A stretch of DNA of 53,949 bases from an uncultured virus (IMG/VR IMGVR_UViG_3300032330_002160). Taxonomy: Duplodnaviria; Heunggongvirae; Uroviricota; Caudoviricetes. Positions 33,301-42,060 of the stretch are shown piece by piece (position 1 is the stretch's first letter; each line of letters starts with the position of its first letter). The translations under genes and the position numbers were made by a program. The DNA is taken from IMG/VR virus record IMGVR_UViG_3300032330_002160; one strand, given 5' to 3'. The notes below the pieces were generated by a model. The model saw only the letters and a list, made by a program, of their open reading frames with translations, was not told the origin of the DNA and made no database searches.

Positions 33301-35848
33301 CGAAGAAATTAATAATTTATATCAAAATTTTGATGGCAAAAAAAAGAAATATAAATATAAAGGATATCCTTATATCTATGGTTATTTCACAGTAGTTGAA
33401 ATTCCAAATCATCCATATTATGGTATGTCTAAAAAAGCAGAAATGCAAGAATTTATGATGTACTTAGAAGGATTAGATGCTGGCAATATAGATGTTGAGA
33501 GTATGGCTGCTGTTTCAAATGAAAACGTTTTTCCTTTTAGAATCAAAGGTCCTCCAATATTCCCATCTAGGATTGGGGTTCCTCTATCGTTAACATTTGA
33601 CAATTGGGTATTCAGAGATGATCCAGACGCTTATGGAAAAACATCTAGAAGTAAATATCCATATATTGGAAAAGTTTCTGTTCAAATAGATGAATCATTA
33701 AACCCATTAAATTATGGTGGTTTTAGTTACTTTTTTTCTGCGGCCCAAGCAAAAATTAAAGCTATAAGTCCACAAAGACAAAATGAATCTGGAAGTATAA
33801 CTTTTGTTGGTATACCATCAGGATCATTGGGTGATTGTTTAGCTATAGATGGTAATTTGTCAAGTGAAAAAGCTGCAAATTTAGGTCCTTCATTAACAGG
33901 AATTAGTATTTCTTTTGACCCAACAAAAGTAACAACAACATATGAATTTAAAAATTTCGCCCCAAGATTTGGAGTTACTTCAAGAGAATATATAGATAGA
34001 ATTAAAAATACTGGAAATCAAGCTCAAAAAGCTAGAATATTAGCAATTAAACAAACAAATGCAAGAAATAATTCTATAACCGGAACTAATTCTTCTCCTC
34101 AATATGTTAGCAGATATCATGATCGTCAACCACCACATGAAGTAATTTATTTTAGACAATTTGGTTTTCCAAAACGTGGAAATATGCGTGTTTCATCTAA
34201 AAGTGGTACAGAACAAGAATTTTTGCGTGATATTAAACCTAATTTAAGCAGTATAGCATTAGCTAGTTGGGATGCATTTTTATCTCCATACACATTAAGA
34301 AGTTTGCCAATTACTGGAATAAATTATGCTTATGGTATTTCTCCATCTAAAAATTTTGCTGACGTTAGTGGATATGTATTTACAGCTTCATCAAGTGGCA
34401 CAATTGATAATTGGCCATCTTTTAAAAATCCAAAAATAAATTTGATTAATCGTTTAGAAAATATTAAAGATTATCAAAATTTAACAGAAGAAGAAAAATC
34501 TACAATGGCTTGGTTGGATTTTTATGATAAAGAATATAAATATTATTTATCTCTTGATACAACAGGATTAAATGCCGAACAATCTGGAAGAATTAAAATA
34601 TTGGAAACTGGTTTATATACTAGAAAAAATTTATTTACTTCAGTAAATAATTATTTGTTAAATCCAGTACCAAAAGAATATAACATAGATAGCCTTATAT
34701 ATAAAAAAGATGAAAAAAATATTACTAATGTCAGAGGTACAAAAGGTGCTGAAGCCGCTAAATATGTTACATCTATCGGTTTGAAAGGGCCATTAGTAGT
34801 TACCGGATGGGGAATAGATAAGCATTTTTCTAATTCTAGTGGACTTCAATTTGTTGGTACTGGTTCTTTATTTTCTGTTGATAATAGCGGAAATTATCCA
34901 AGTGGAGTTAAAAATGCTGGAGATCAAGGGCAATTCTTAACTGGTCCAGTTGATCTTCTCTGGGACTCTTATCGTGGAACTTGGAGTACAAAAGATACTG
35001 AATTAGTATATGTTAAAAGTTATGAAAAAATGCCTAGTGGTCATTTTGGATATCTTGCAAATTGTATACCATTAAATTTTATAGACGATTTTAATTCAAC
35101 AGGATCATTGAAAAATTATCCTATGATTGCCACTGGATTACTTTCTAAAGAATCTTGGAAAGATAACTTACAAAAAATAACAGCTGGAACTGGAGACGGC
35201 TTTAAAACTTTTTATTCAATTAAACCTCAAACTGGATGTATTTATACTGCAACTTTTATAAATAATTCAGTAAGCAATGTTTCTGGAATATGCTCTTGGA
35301 TGTTAAATCCAGAAGCTCCAATAATGGGAATTTATTCTAGTGGATCAATATATGATATGTTTGGTCGTATTTTTAATGAGAATGTTGATTTTATGCATCC
35401 GGAAGATTTTGGTTTAAATGTTCCGGGTTCATTAACAATTACTAATTTTTCATTAGTAGATAATGTCGTAACATTAACATATTCCGGAATATCAAATTAT
35501 ACAATTGGAGATAAAATAAAAATTGGTTTAAAGCCTGCAAATCCAACATATGATGGAGAATATGTAATTACAAATATTGATGCAAATACAATTAGTTATA
35601 TTTATTATGGTGATGATGATGAAATAGATGGAGATGAAATTGGATATATTGATGAACCAGTATATTCTGCAATAGCAAAAAAACAACTAAGACAAAAAGT
35701 TTCAGAAAAAGCAGCAGTTTTATTAAAAGTTTTTCCTGCTAGTAAAGCAACATATAATGTTGTTGGTATTGGTGGCGGTACAACCTCTGGAACAGGTGTA
35801 AAATCTGTACAATGTGTCAATAATATTTTGGTGGTGACTTATTCATGA
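30356..35848 (+). CDS. Large tail tip/baseplate hub-like protein
   Basis: 1830 aa. FNFGGIISSW..YECVITDP and SLYDLFSMICSDAGYD hub-like motifs; synteny. Confidence 0.5.
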   Translation: MPTPFSNSDKFNQNKAQWSGNQTVDNSSAQPILNELNWSVNPNTYVNGKKPQSFWSPADGSDLKPIIWNDFVVVSATANFSNNGNSASTLNMKLIPNKTFFERAKATKHYTTLFDPTYGVGHDRNEYSSSITEKNITYTYIPNVGSVPNNISVYTGNTFSNFDYKTLDSSNPRYDSQSFVRNGFGDKNLIFSDDGPDSILSPDGLPLFLKPWYTRIGEPTNLSIGKFNFGGIISSWKIIKGSDGFHYECVITDPTEILKGVNIIVSNYKGPSGYFNVINAFGYFESITGGDPYNKTYNYVRQPKVDTNATSDVDIQYLPENNFNYNVNNDIIGMRISDIAYCLGALLRAPSSTFDLKNQYGQIESPRVYGGPIVFGHRETMNWYNVDLSIFNLVAENYFVEGSGGVISLYDLFSMICSDAGYDMIVTLEGNNIKPKFVNRNFASSENTIPLAIQSLSSSGNNVIDSSYGYELIEQNTTGQLLIGSPKEIFYQTTAIRSVYGSNRGQPILGIPGKITITLPSLVQFNNLPENEGVKRLGEVGSINVILTKNVKNQINGKIEKIPIGNSRARIGFYSKQFDVEFVKIPLPLQIVKYFGVEYVTNTLEMMLVKSQNGSVLWEKYLRYAKPSLWKFLYGYEEDGVNDVSQLPKDHSQTGSVAIDEIYEEKMGYSSLSRDELANRLFQNITSYADSWGKYYAVSLPDKASFIGVENEFNISKNFNSLKTESETLYNGSLGPTLGNRKFHYNTKSETYIDVNPYWNESNIYYPNAKGEYFKRSTVVNSQNFPSQSNISYPMDMQENTLGQFLNDSQSIGPVAEYTNLRLFLSDSSTISEDGEVVGSFNIKEPDPDLQSLNSPNYLGYSGNDFLNGIYPNNEKETLVAKGNLVENLTFMHPLFSMELDKVEPYNSLITLNQPQVNFGVTYEEEFYGSDTMAGAYNDIVIDEYEYNDVIGEKLKIILDKRNAVNDLENPDLSVTYAPEVIEEINNLYQNFDGKKKKYKYKGYPYIYGYFTVVEIPNHPYYGMSKKAEMQEFMMYLEGLDAGNIDVESMAAVSNENVFPFRIKGPPIFPSRIGVPLSLTFDNWVFRDDPDAYGKTSRSKYPYIGKVSVQIDESLNPLNYGGFSYFFSAAQAKIKAISPQRQNESGSITFVGIPSGSLGDCLAIDGNLSSEKAANLGPSLTGISISFDPTKVTTTYEFKNFAPRFGVTSREYIDRIKNTGNQAQKARILAIKQTNARNNSITGTNSSPQYVSRYHDRQPPHEVIYFRQFGFPKRGNMRVSSKSGTEQEFLRDIKPNLSSIALASWDAFLSPYTLRSLPITGINYAYGISPSKNFADVSGYVFTASSSGTIDNWPSFKNPKINLINRLENIKDYQNLTEEEKSTMAWLDFYDKEYKYYLSLDTTGLNAEQSGRIKILETGLYTRKNLFTSVNNYLLNPVPKEYNIDSLIYKKDEKNITNVRGTKGAEAAKYVTSIGLKGPLVVTGWGIDKHFSNSSGLQFVGTGSLFSVDNSGNYPSGVKNAGDQGQFLTGPVDLLWDSYRGTWSTKDTELVYVKSYEKMPSGHFGYLANCIPLNFIDDFNSTGSLKNYPMIATGLLSKESWKDNLQKITAGTGDGFKTFYSIKPQTGCIYTATFINNSVSNVSGICSWMLNPEAPIMGIYSSGSIYDMFGRIFNENVDFMHPEDFGLNVPGSLTITNFSLVDNVVTLTYSGISNYTIGDKIKIGLKPANPTYDGEYVITNIDANTISYIYYGDDDEIDGDEIGYIDEPVYSAIAKKQLRQKVSEKAAVLLKVFPASKATYNVVGIGGGTTSGTGVKSVQCVNNILVVTYS

Positions 35849-36300
35849 CCGAATTTAATTGTTATAATATACCTAGTTCTACAGAAACAACAATTTTAAG
35901 ACCTTGGCCAAAATGTGGTTTAGTAGATCCACCAAATAATATTATTGCTGATGTTGTTATTGCTGGAGATTGTGATACTCGTGGAGGAGAAGCTACATAT
36001 AATGGTGTTACCTTTGCTAAAGGTTCTGGAGATCTTGCTGATGGATATGTATATGGAGGTGATGATAGGGTTCCCGCCATATTCTGGATTGGTGGATTAA
36101 CTGGTAATAAATATGATTCTTCTTCTAGTATTTTTTTTCCATCTTTTAGCTGTATTCCTTTGCAAAGTAATGGTGGATCATGCTCTTATAATTATGGCAC
36201 AAAATCATGGAATTTTTCAGGATTTTTTCAATGTTATCTTCCTGTTTTTGGCACAAATAAAAGATGCTTGATATCAGTAAGCGTAATAGGAATTTCATAA
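35845..36300 (+). CDS. Cys-rich hypothetical protein
   Basis: ATGA overlap; 7 Cys in 151 aa. Confidence 0.55.
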   Translation: MTEFNCYNIPSSTETTILRPWPKCGLVDPPNNIIADVVIAGDCDTRGGEATYNGVTFAKGSGDLADGYVYGGDDRVPAIFWIGGLTGNKYDSSSSIFFPSFSCIPLQSNGGSCSYNYGTKSWNFSGFFQCYLPVFGTNKRCLISVSVIGIS

Positions 36301-37454
36301 TGGCCAAAGGATTTTATGCCCACAGATTGCCAGCTACATGTATAGATGGAGCATTAAGTGGAAGCTATTTTAATGAAGCAACTGCTCATATAGTATTAGG
36401 AGATCAACCGACTATTGGACAAGCTCCACATACTATGTTTAACAGTGCTTGTTATGATAGTTTAAGTGACATAAAAACTCCTATACCTATTGCTCAATTA
36501 CCTACGACATTAGCTGGCCCAACCATGTATGATTATGGAAAAACATGGAAAATTGTTGTTTTGCCAAGTCAAATGTATTTTGATGCTAAAGAATTGAGAG
36601 AACAAGTTGGACCATATGATTATGTTTATGAAAATAGTAATTATTTTAAAATAACTTATGAAGGTTGGAGATTAAAAAATCCAATGGTAACTTTACCTTT
36701 GGCTAGAAAATTTTCTAATAGACAACCTACTTTTACTAATTTTACTGATGTTTATTGGACAGATATGCATCCTTATCCAAATGTACAACAACCAGAATTA
36801 GAACTTGATTGGTTAGGTAATTTGCACAACAATGGTGAAGCAGCAAGTTATCCAATGATGTATTGTCAAGGAGTAAGACAACCATTCTTGGGAGAGATTT
36901 ACTATGAAGATACTTTAAGCTCAATAGATAAAAGTAAACAAGATTATTTACATAATTTTATGCCTTTTTGTAAACCAATTAATATATACGATGTTAATTC
37001 TAATAAAATTGGTTATGCTGACGGTTTAGCTTTTCAGTTATTTATATTTAATGGCGCTTTAAAAAATCGCTTGAATCCTGTCCAAAAACCAAAAATACTT
37101 CCAACAGATCCAGCCGTATTAATACCAGCTTCTTCTCAATATTGGAGTGTAGAATTATGGACTTATTTATCTGTAGTAAAAACAAAAGAAGACTCTCCAG
37201 TAATTTTAAAAAGTCCAAGAATACATACCCACAGGTGGTGGTATTACACACAATTTTATGGAAATACTTACCCTGCGCCGGGTAAACCTTATATATTTTG
37301 GAAAGGCAAATTTGATAGTTTTTTAAGTGGACAAACAATACATAAAATAAATTTTAATTTACTATATAATGAAAATAATAAAGGAATTGATGCAAAAAGT
37401 TCTGTAACATATAATACTCCATGGACAAGATGTAATTTATATTTAACAGCATAA
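36300..37454 (+). CDS. Hypothetical tail-region protein
   Basis: TAATG overlap; AGGA upstream of ATG 36300; aromatic-rich. Confidence 0.6.
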   Translation: MAKGFYAHRLPATCIDGALSGSYFNEATAHIVLGDQPTIGQAPHTMFNSACYDSLSDIKTPIPIAQLPTTLAGPTMYDYGKTWKIVVLPSQMYFDAKELREQVGPYDYVYENSNYFKITYEGWRLKNPMVTLPLARKFSNRQPTFTNFTDVYWTDMHPYPNVQQPELELDWLGNLHNNGEAASYPMMYCQGVRQPFLGEIYYEDTLSSIDKSKQDYLHNFMPFCKPINIYDVNSNKIGYADGLAFQLFIFNGALKNRLNPVQKPKILPTDPAVLIPASSQYWSVELWTYLSVVKTKEDSPVILKSPRIHTHRWWYYTQFYGNTYPAPGKPYIFWKGKFDSFLSGQTIHKINFNLLYNENNKGIDAKSSVTYNTPWTRCNLYLTA

Positions 37455-37463
37455 GGAAATATT

Positions 37464-39668
37464 ATGGCATGGCCTCTTGATACTTATTGGTTATGTGTTG
37501 AAACTAATTTTGACATAGACACATTAAGTCCTAATAATGGCTGGCCTCAATGTATAATTTCAGAATCAAAACCTAATTATATTAGAGTTTTAGGCCCATA
37601 TAAAGATAGAGAACCAGATCCTCCAGATTATCCTTCTGGCATTTTTGGAGAAGAGGAATGTGCAAAAGATAATATTGTTATTTACAACAATCGTTATCCG
37701 CCTGATCAAGAATATACAACTTATAGTGATAATCCTAAAAATTGGACAACAAAAGGATATTATGCTTCTTGTCCATATAATGTAAATCCACCATCTGTAA
37801 CAATTGAATTAAGAGATTTACCTCCAACAAAAACTCAAGTAAGTAAAGCTATTGGACCATTTAATACTAAAGAAGAAGCAATAAAAGCAAGCGAAACTTG
37901 GAATTGCAAAATAGCATTTACTCCAGCTGCTGATGTTTGTTCTCCTTATATTGCTGAATCTCCATATCCAGATTTAGAATGTAGTTTAGTTTGTGCTTTA
38001 GGATGGCCTATGATAGAAGGAGAAATAAAAGTTGAATTTTATCAAATGATAGATGAAAGAATACAGCCAAGTCCATCTATAATAGCTCTTTCCACTCCGT
38101 TAGGATGTGATCCAACTTTTGAACCAACAATAACACGATGTTGGAAAAGTTCTTATTCTTCTAACAATTCGGCTGAATTTATTTTATTAACTGACCCAAA
38201 AAGAGGATATAAACTTCGTCTTGTTGGAACTATGTGTATTGATGAAAATCCAAATTTTGCTAATGTTAGCGTAAGTATGGAAGCTCTTATGATAGGTAGT
38301 GATGTTAATCCTGATGATAAAAATCCATATGAAGGAGCTAGATGGACAGGTGTTGGATCGCTTGGTGGAAGATTGCCTGCTTTAGGACCGTCAAGAAACA
38401 AAAAAGATATGCGAAAATATGGAAGTAATTATATAGCTTTTAATCCATCTAATGGTATTTCTGATTGTTGTATAAGTTTTGCAAAAATAATAGTTACTCT
38501 TCGACCTTGGGTATTTGGTTGTGATGGTTCTATAGGATCTTCAGGAAAAGGTGCTAAAATAGATAAAACTTGCGGTCTTTTTAATACTGAAAAAGCTTAT
38601 AGTTGTGCTTCAGTTCAAGTTTCTCCAATTAATAATAAAATTTTAAATATAGAAAATTTAGTAGACAGACCATGTTTTTATCAAATGGGTCAAAATGACG
38701 ATTCAGGAAATCGTTATCCCGGAGATCGTAGATTTGATGGGTGTTATTATTGTGAAAATACTCACAACAGAGATAATGAATTTATATGTAATCCAACTAA
38801 ATCTTTTTACGATCCTAAAGAGTTAACTTTAACTGGAATTACCGGAGAAGATACTGCTGATTTTCAACAAATACAATTAGCAGGTACATATATGGGTGTT
38901 GTTGGATTAAAATCAGTCAACAATCAAATGTATTTAATGTTACAACCAATTTCTCTAAGTGGTTGGGCTATAGAAGTAACAAATCAAAAAATGGTAACTA
39001 TTAATAGATCATGGCAAGTAGATCAATATAAAGATTATATTCTTGAGATGTATGTAAAAAATACGGAATTTCCATTTGATGATCTTTCGACACAAACAAG
39101 AATATTAGGTAATAATGAAAATACATTATTTATTAATAATTGGCCAAATAATAATATACCACAAATTGATATTAACGCAACAGCTAAATATAATATATTG
39201 CTTCCATCAAAATCTAAATTTGTAGTAAAACCAGTTCTTAAAGAAAATATTATTCAGCGTAGAACTCCAATGATTATTGAGTTTATGCTTCCTGAATATA
39301 ACACAAGATTATTATTTTATTTATTAGAGTTCCCATCCCCGGAAATAGCCGGATGTGTAGATATCAATGATTATCCAGAATTGCCAGAACAAGATCCTGA
39401 TTTATTTTTGTCTATGCCTCCTCCTATTTTTCCAACACAAATGCTTGCTCAAGATGAAAAAAAATTAAATGAAATTCAAAATTTACAAAAGCAATTAGAA
39501 AATATGAATAAAGTATGTATATATTTAGGAAATGCTATTCCAAATACAAAATCTTGTTGTGGAGCAAGTCCATCTTTCCAATGTGAAAAACATGGAAGAT
39601 GTAAACAATATGGGGTTGCAGGACCTGAAGACAATATGGTTTGCAGCTCATGTCCTGATTTCTCTTAG
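37464..39668 (+). CDS. Cys-rich tail-region protein with C-terminal CEKHGxC module
   Basis: 734 aa with about 28 Cys by hand count; AAGGA RBS. Confidence 0.6.
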   Translation: MAWPLDTYWLCVETNFDIDTLSPNNGWPQCIISESKPNYIRVLGPYKDREPDPPDYPSGIFGEEECAKDNIVIYNNRYPPDQEYTTYSDNPKNWTTKGYYASCPYNVNPPSVTIELRDLPPTKTQVSKAIGPFNTKEEAIKASETWNCKIAFTPAADVCSPYIAESPYPDLECSLVCALGWPMIEGEIKVEFYQMIDERIQPSPSIIALSTPLGCDPTFEPTITRCWKSSYSSNNSAEFILLTDPKRGYKLRLVGTMCIDENPNFANVSVSMEALMIGSDVNPDDKNPYEGARWTGVGSLGGRLPALGPSRNKKDMRKYGSNYIAFNPSNGISDCCISFAKIIVTLRPWVFGCDGSIGSSGKGAKIDKTCGLFNTEKAYSCASVQVSPINNKILNIENLVDRPCFYQMGQNDDSGNRYPGDRRFDGCYYCENTHNRDNEFICNPTKSFYDPKELTLTGITGEDTADFQQIQLAGTYMGVVGLKSVNNQMYLMLQPISLSGWAIEVTNQKMVTINRSWQVDQYKDYILEMYVKNTEFPFDDLSTQTRILGNNENTLFINNWPNNNIPQIDINATAKYNILLPSKSKFVVKPVLKENIIQRRTPMIIEFMLPEYNTRLLFYLLEFPSPEIAGCVDINDYPELPEQDPDLFLSMPPPIFPTQMLAQDEKKLNEIQNLQKQLENMNKVCIYLGNAIPNTKSCCGASPSFQCEKHGRCKQYGVAGPEDNMVCSSCPDFS

Positions 39669-39683
39669 GTGTATATAAAATAG
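39668..39683 (+). promoter_or_regulatory. GGTGTA motif, putative late promoter
   Basis: GGTGTATATAAAATAG at the start of the intergenic gap. Confidence 0.55.
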
Positions 39684-39705
39684 AGAACTTTATCGGAGAA
39701 TAACA

Positions 39706-40413
39706 ATGCCAATTTTCAAATTTTATGCTGGCGATGGTCTTAGCAGCAATGAAGGTAATTTAATTGCTACATCTGCTGGTTCTGGACTTGGTTTTTTTGG
39801 GGCAAATGGAAGTGGAACTTCTGTTCAAGTAGCCTCATATCAGGATACGACTTATGTAACTGATGCAAATGGCGCAAATCCTGTGAGAGGTTGTAATAAT
39901 ATTAAATATCTTACTAGCAATACTGCTAAAATTACTAATGGAAATCAAACACTTAATATAACTGGCATTGCCAATGCTCAAGCGACTTTACAAATTCGTT
40001 TTCAACAAGATGTTGGCGGTCTTAATATTAAGACTCAAAATGTGAAAGTTTGGCCTTATAACAGAAGTTCTTCTACTAGTTGGCCATCTTCCGTTGTTGT
40101 TCAATTAGTAGAATTACAACATAATGGAGTTAATAATGTTGGCGAAGCCAGATATGATGGCACAACATCTGCCACATGGAAAAGTTTTCATTATGATACA
40201 GATTTAGTGGCTGGTGGTTATGTATATGGAACTCCCGCAAGTAGCGGTTTAAGTTTATATGCTTCTCCGGGACAAACTGGATCTCATCTTTTGGGAACTT
40301 CATCTACTGGTTTATATCATGATTGGTATTTGGGAATTAGTGCTTCTCCAGATACAATTGGATCTAAAAATTTCGGTCTGTGGGTTGAATTAGAATATAC
40401 AGAAGTCACCTAA
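39706..40413 (+). CDS. Putative virion structural protein
   Basis: GGAG RBS, preceded by the GGTGTA motif; G/S/T/N-rich beta protein. Confidence 0.55.
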   Translation: MPIFKFYAGDGLSSNEGNLIATSAGSGLGFFGANGSGTSVQVASYQDTTYVTDANGANPVRGCNNIKYLTSNTAKITNGNQTLNITGIANAQATLQIRFQQDVGGLNIKTQNVKVWPYNRSSSTSWPSSVVVQLVELQHNGVNNVGEARYDGTTSATWKSFHYDTDLVAGGYVYGTPASSGLSLYASPGQTGSHLLGTSSTGLYHDWYLGISASPDTIGSKNFGLWVELEYTEVT

Positions 40414-40458
40414 CATGCTATAATTTAGTAAGAATACTTACTAAATGAGGACATGTTA
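40411..40458 (+). promoter_or_regulatory. Extended -10 element plus nested inverted repeat
   Basis: TGCTATAAT at 40416-40424; ATTTAGTAAG-AATA-CTTACTAAAT at 40423-40446. Confidence 0.5.
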
Positions 40459-41492
40459 TGCTATTGACTATCGGTATGGCCACATATGATGATTTTGATG
40501 GAGTTTATTTTTCTGTACAAGCCTTAAGAATGTATCACGATCTAACTGATTGTGAAATTTTAGTTGTAGATAGTCAACCTGAGCGAAGAGAAGATCTAGA
40601 AAATTTTTGTCGTAGTGCTGGGGCTAAATATATTAAAGCTCCGCACTTACAAGGTACATCGGCTCCAAGACAAGCTGTTTTTGATAATGCTTCTGGAGAT
40701 TTTGTTGTATGTATTGATTGTCATGTTTTATTAGAAAAAGATGTTATTTCAAAATTAAAAGAATATATTAAACAAAATCCTGAATCTAAAGATTTGCTTC
40801 AAGGTCCTTTATGGTATGATGATTTAAGAAATGTTTCTAGCCATTTTGAACCTGTCTGGAATGATCATATGTGGGGAACATGGAATACTGATCCCAAGGT
40901 ATATGGGCGTGAGCCGTTTGATATTCCAATGCAAGGGCTTGGTATGTTTGGAATGAAGAGATCGGCTTGGCCGGGGTTTAATAAGCTTTTCAGGGGCTTT
41001 GGTGGGGAAGAAGGCTATATCCATGAGAAAGTTCGTCAGAGAGGTGGCAGGAGCCTTTGCTTTCCATGGATGAAGTGGGTTCATAGGTTTAATCGTCCTC
41101 ATGGTGTCAAATATCGTTTAACCTTGGAAGATAGAATTTTTAATTATATTATTGGCCATCAAGAATTAGATATGCCTCTTTCTCCAATCATTAATCATTT
41201 TAAAGATAAAATTGCTCACGATAAATTAATCGCAATTATGACTGAAACTGCAAAATATGACGCAAAAGGTCAAATGTTGCGAGGTAGTGTTGCAGCTATG
41301 GCGGCTGTTAGAAAAATGAAGTGTGTAAGTCTTGGTCCTGTTATTGAAAGGGCGGATTGTAATTGTGCTGCCAAATTTATTCATAGTTGTGAAAAACATG
41401 GAAAATGCCGCACACTAATAAATCTTGGAGACAATATTAGAAATTGTCAGGAGTGCGATGATTATGAGCCAGAAGACCCAGTTGAATCTTAA
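40458..41492 (+). CDS. Glycosyltransferase family 2 with C-terminal Cys-rich module
   Basis: LTIGMATYDD, EILVVDS, ASGDFVVCIDCHVLL and GFNKLFRGFGGEE are GT-A motifs. Confidence 0.85.
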   Translation: MLLTIGMATYDDFDGVYFSVQALRMYHDLTDCEILVVDSQPERREDLENFCRSAGAKYIKAPHLQGTSAPRQAVFDNASGDFVVCIDCHVLLEKDVISKLKEYIKQNPESKDLLQGPLWYDDLRNVSSHFEPVWNDHMWGTWNTDPKVYGREPFDIPMQGLGMFGMKRSAWPGFNKLFRGFGGEEGYIHEKVRQRGGRSLCFPWMKWVHRFNRPHGVKYRLTLEDRIFNYIIGHQELDMPLSPIINHFKDKIAHDKLIAIMTETAKYDAKGQMLRGSVAAMAAVRKMKCVSLGPVIERADCNCAAKFIHSCEKHGKCRTLINLGDNIRNCQECDDYEPEDPVES

Positions 41493-41688
41493 AGATATCC
41501 CAGAAGATATTCGTTTAGCAATTGAAAATGCCGCATGGAAAGCATTGGATAGTTTGCTTTCCTCTTTGGAAGAAAGTCTTCCTAAATGTGAATGGGGCGG
41601 TTATCAAAAAGAAATAGCCCCTTTTGTCAAGGGGCTTGTTGCTAATATCAGATCCTCCGTTAATGGAGGACAGGTTATGGGCGACTAG
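41458..41688 (+). CDS. Small hypothetical protein
   Basis: AGGAG before ATG 41458/41464; fills the gap up to the strand switch. Confidence 0.45.
   Translation: MIMSQKTQLNLKDIPEDIRLAIENAAWKALDSLLSSLEESLPKCEWGGYQKEIAPFVKGLVANIRSSVNGGQVMGD
41606..41636 (-). terminator. Rho-independent terminator of the minus-strand operon
   Basis: The minus strand reads AGCCCCTT-GACAA-AAGGGGCT-ATTTCTTTTT, about 50 nt after the last minus-strand stop. Confidence 0.65.
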
Positions 41689-42059
41689 AAATTTAATTTC
41701 TTAGTCTGCTTTGGCGGTGGAGCTTGCGCTGGCTGATCTACATCCGCAGGCTTGTTGTATTTTTCCCAACCGCCATTCTTCTTGTAATTTCCATCTTTAT
41801 CTTTACGATGAGGGAAAAGAGTATCTCCCTTTTTATGTTGTCCATAAGACAGCTTGGCGTAGCAATCATTACATCGCATTTCGTAAAAATCATTGTCATC
41901 TACGACACGATGAACGGGTGAAATATTTTCACTTTTACATGCTCCGCATTGTTGATCCGAAAACACTTCTGAGATATCCGAAAGATTCTTCCACATGTCC
42001 TTAATGGACTTTCCTTCAAGCTCAAAAGTATAAGATCCAATGTGCTTAATAATTTTCAT
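41685..42059 (-). CDS. Zn-ribbon hypothetical protein
   Basis: CGAC...CNDC; GAGG RBS. Confidence 0.65.
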   Translation of the reverse strand: MKIIKHIGSYTFELEGKSIKDMWKNLSDISEVFSDQQCGACKSENISPVHRVVDDNDFYEMRCNDCYAKLSYGQHKKGDTLFPHRKDKDGNYKKNGGWEKYNKPADVDQPAQAPPPKQTKKLNF

Positions 42060-42060
42060 C

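Noticed and set aside
263..38401. Numerous antisense and alternate-frame ORFs (e.g. 263-874, 8882-9241, 9812-10198, 13376-13747, 26227-26514)
   Set aside because: They are shadows of long, codon-biased genes, with no RBS or recognisable motifs.
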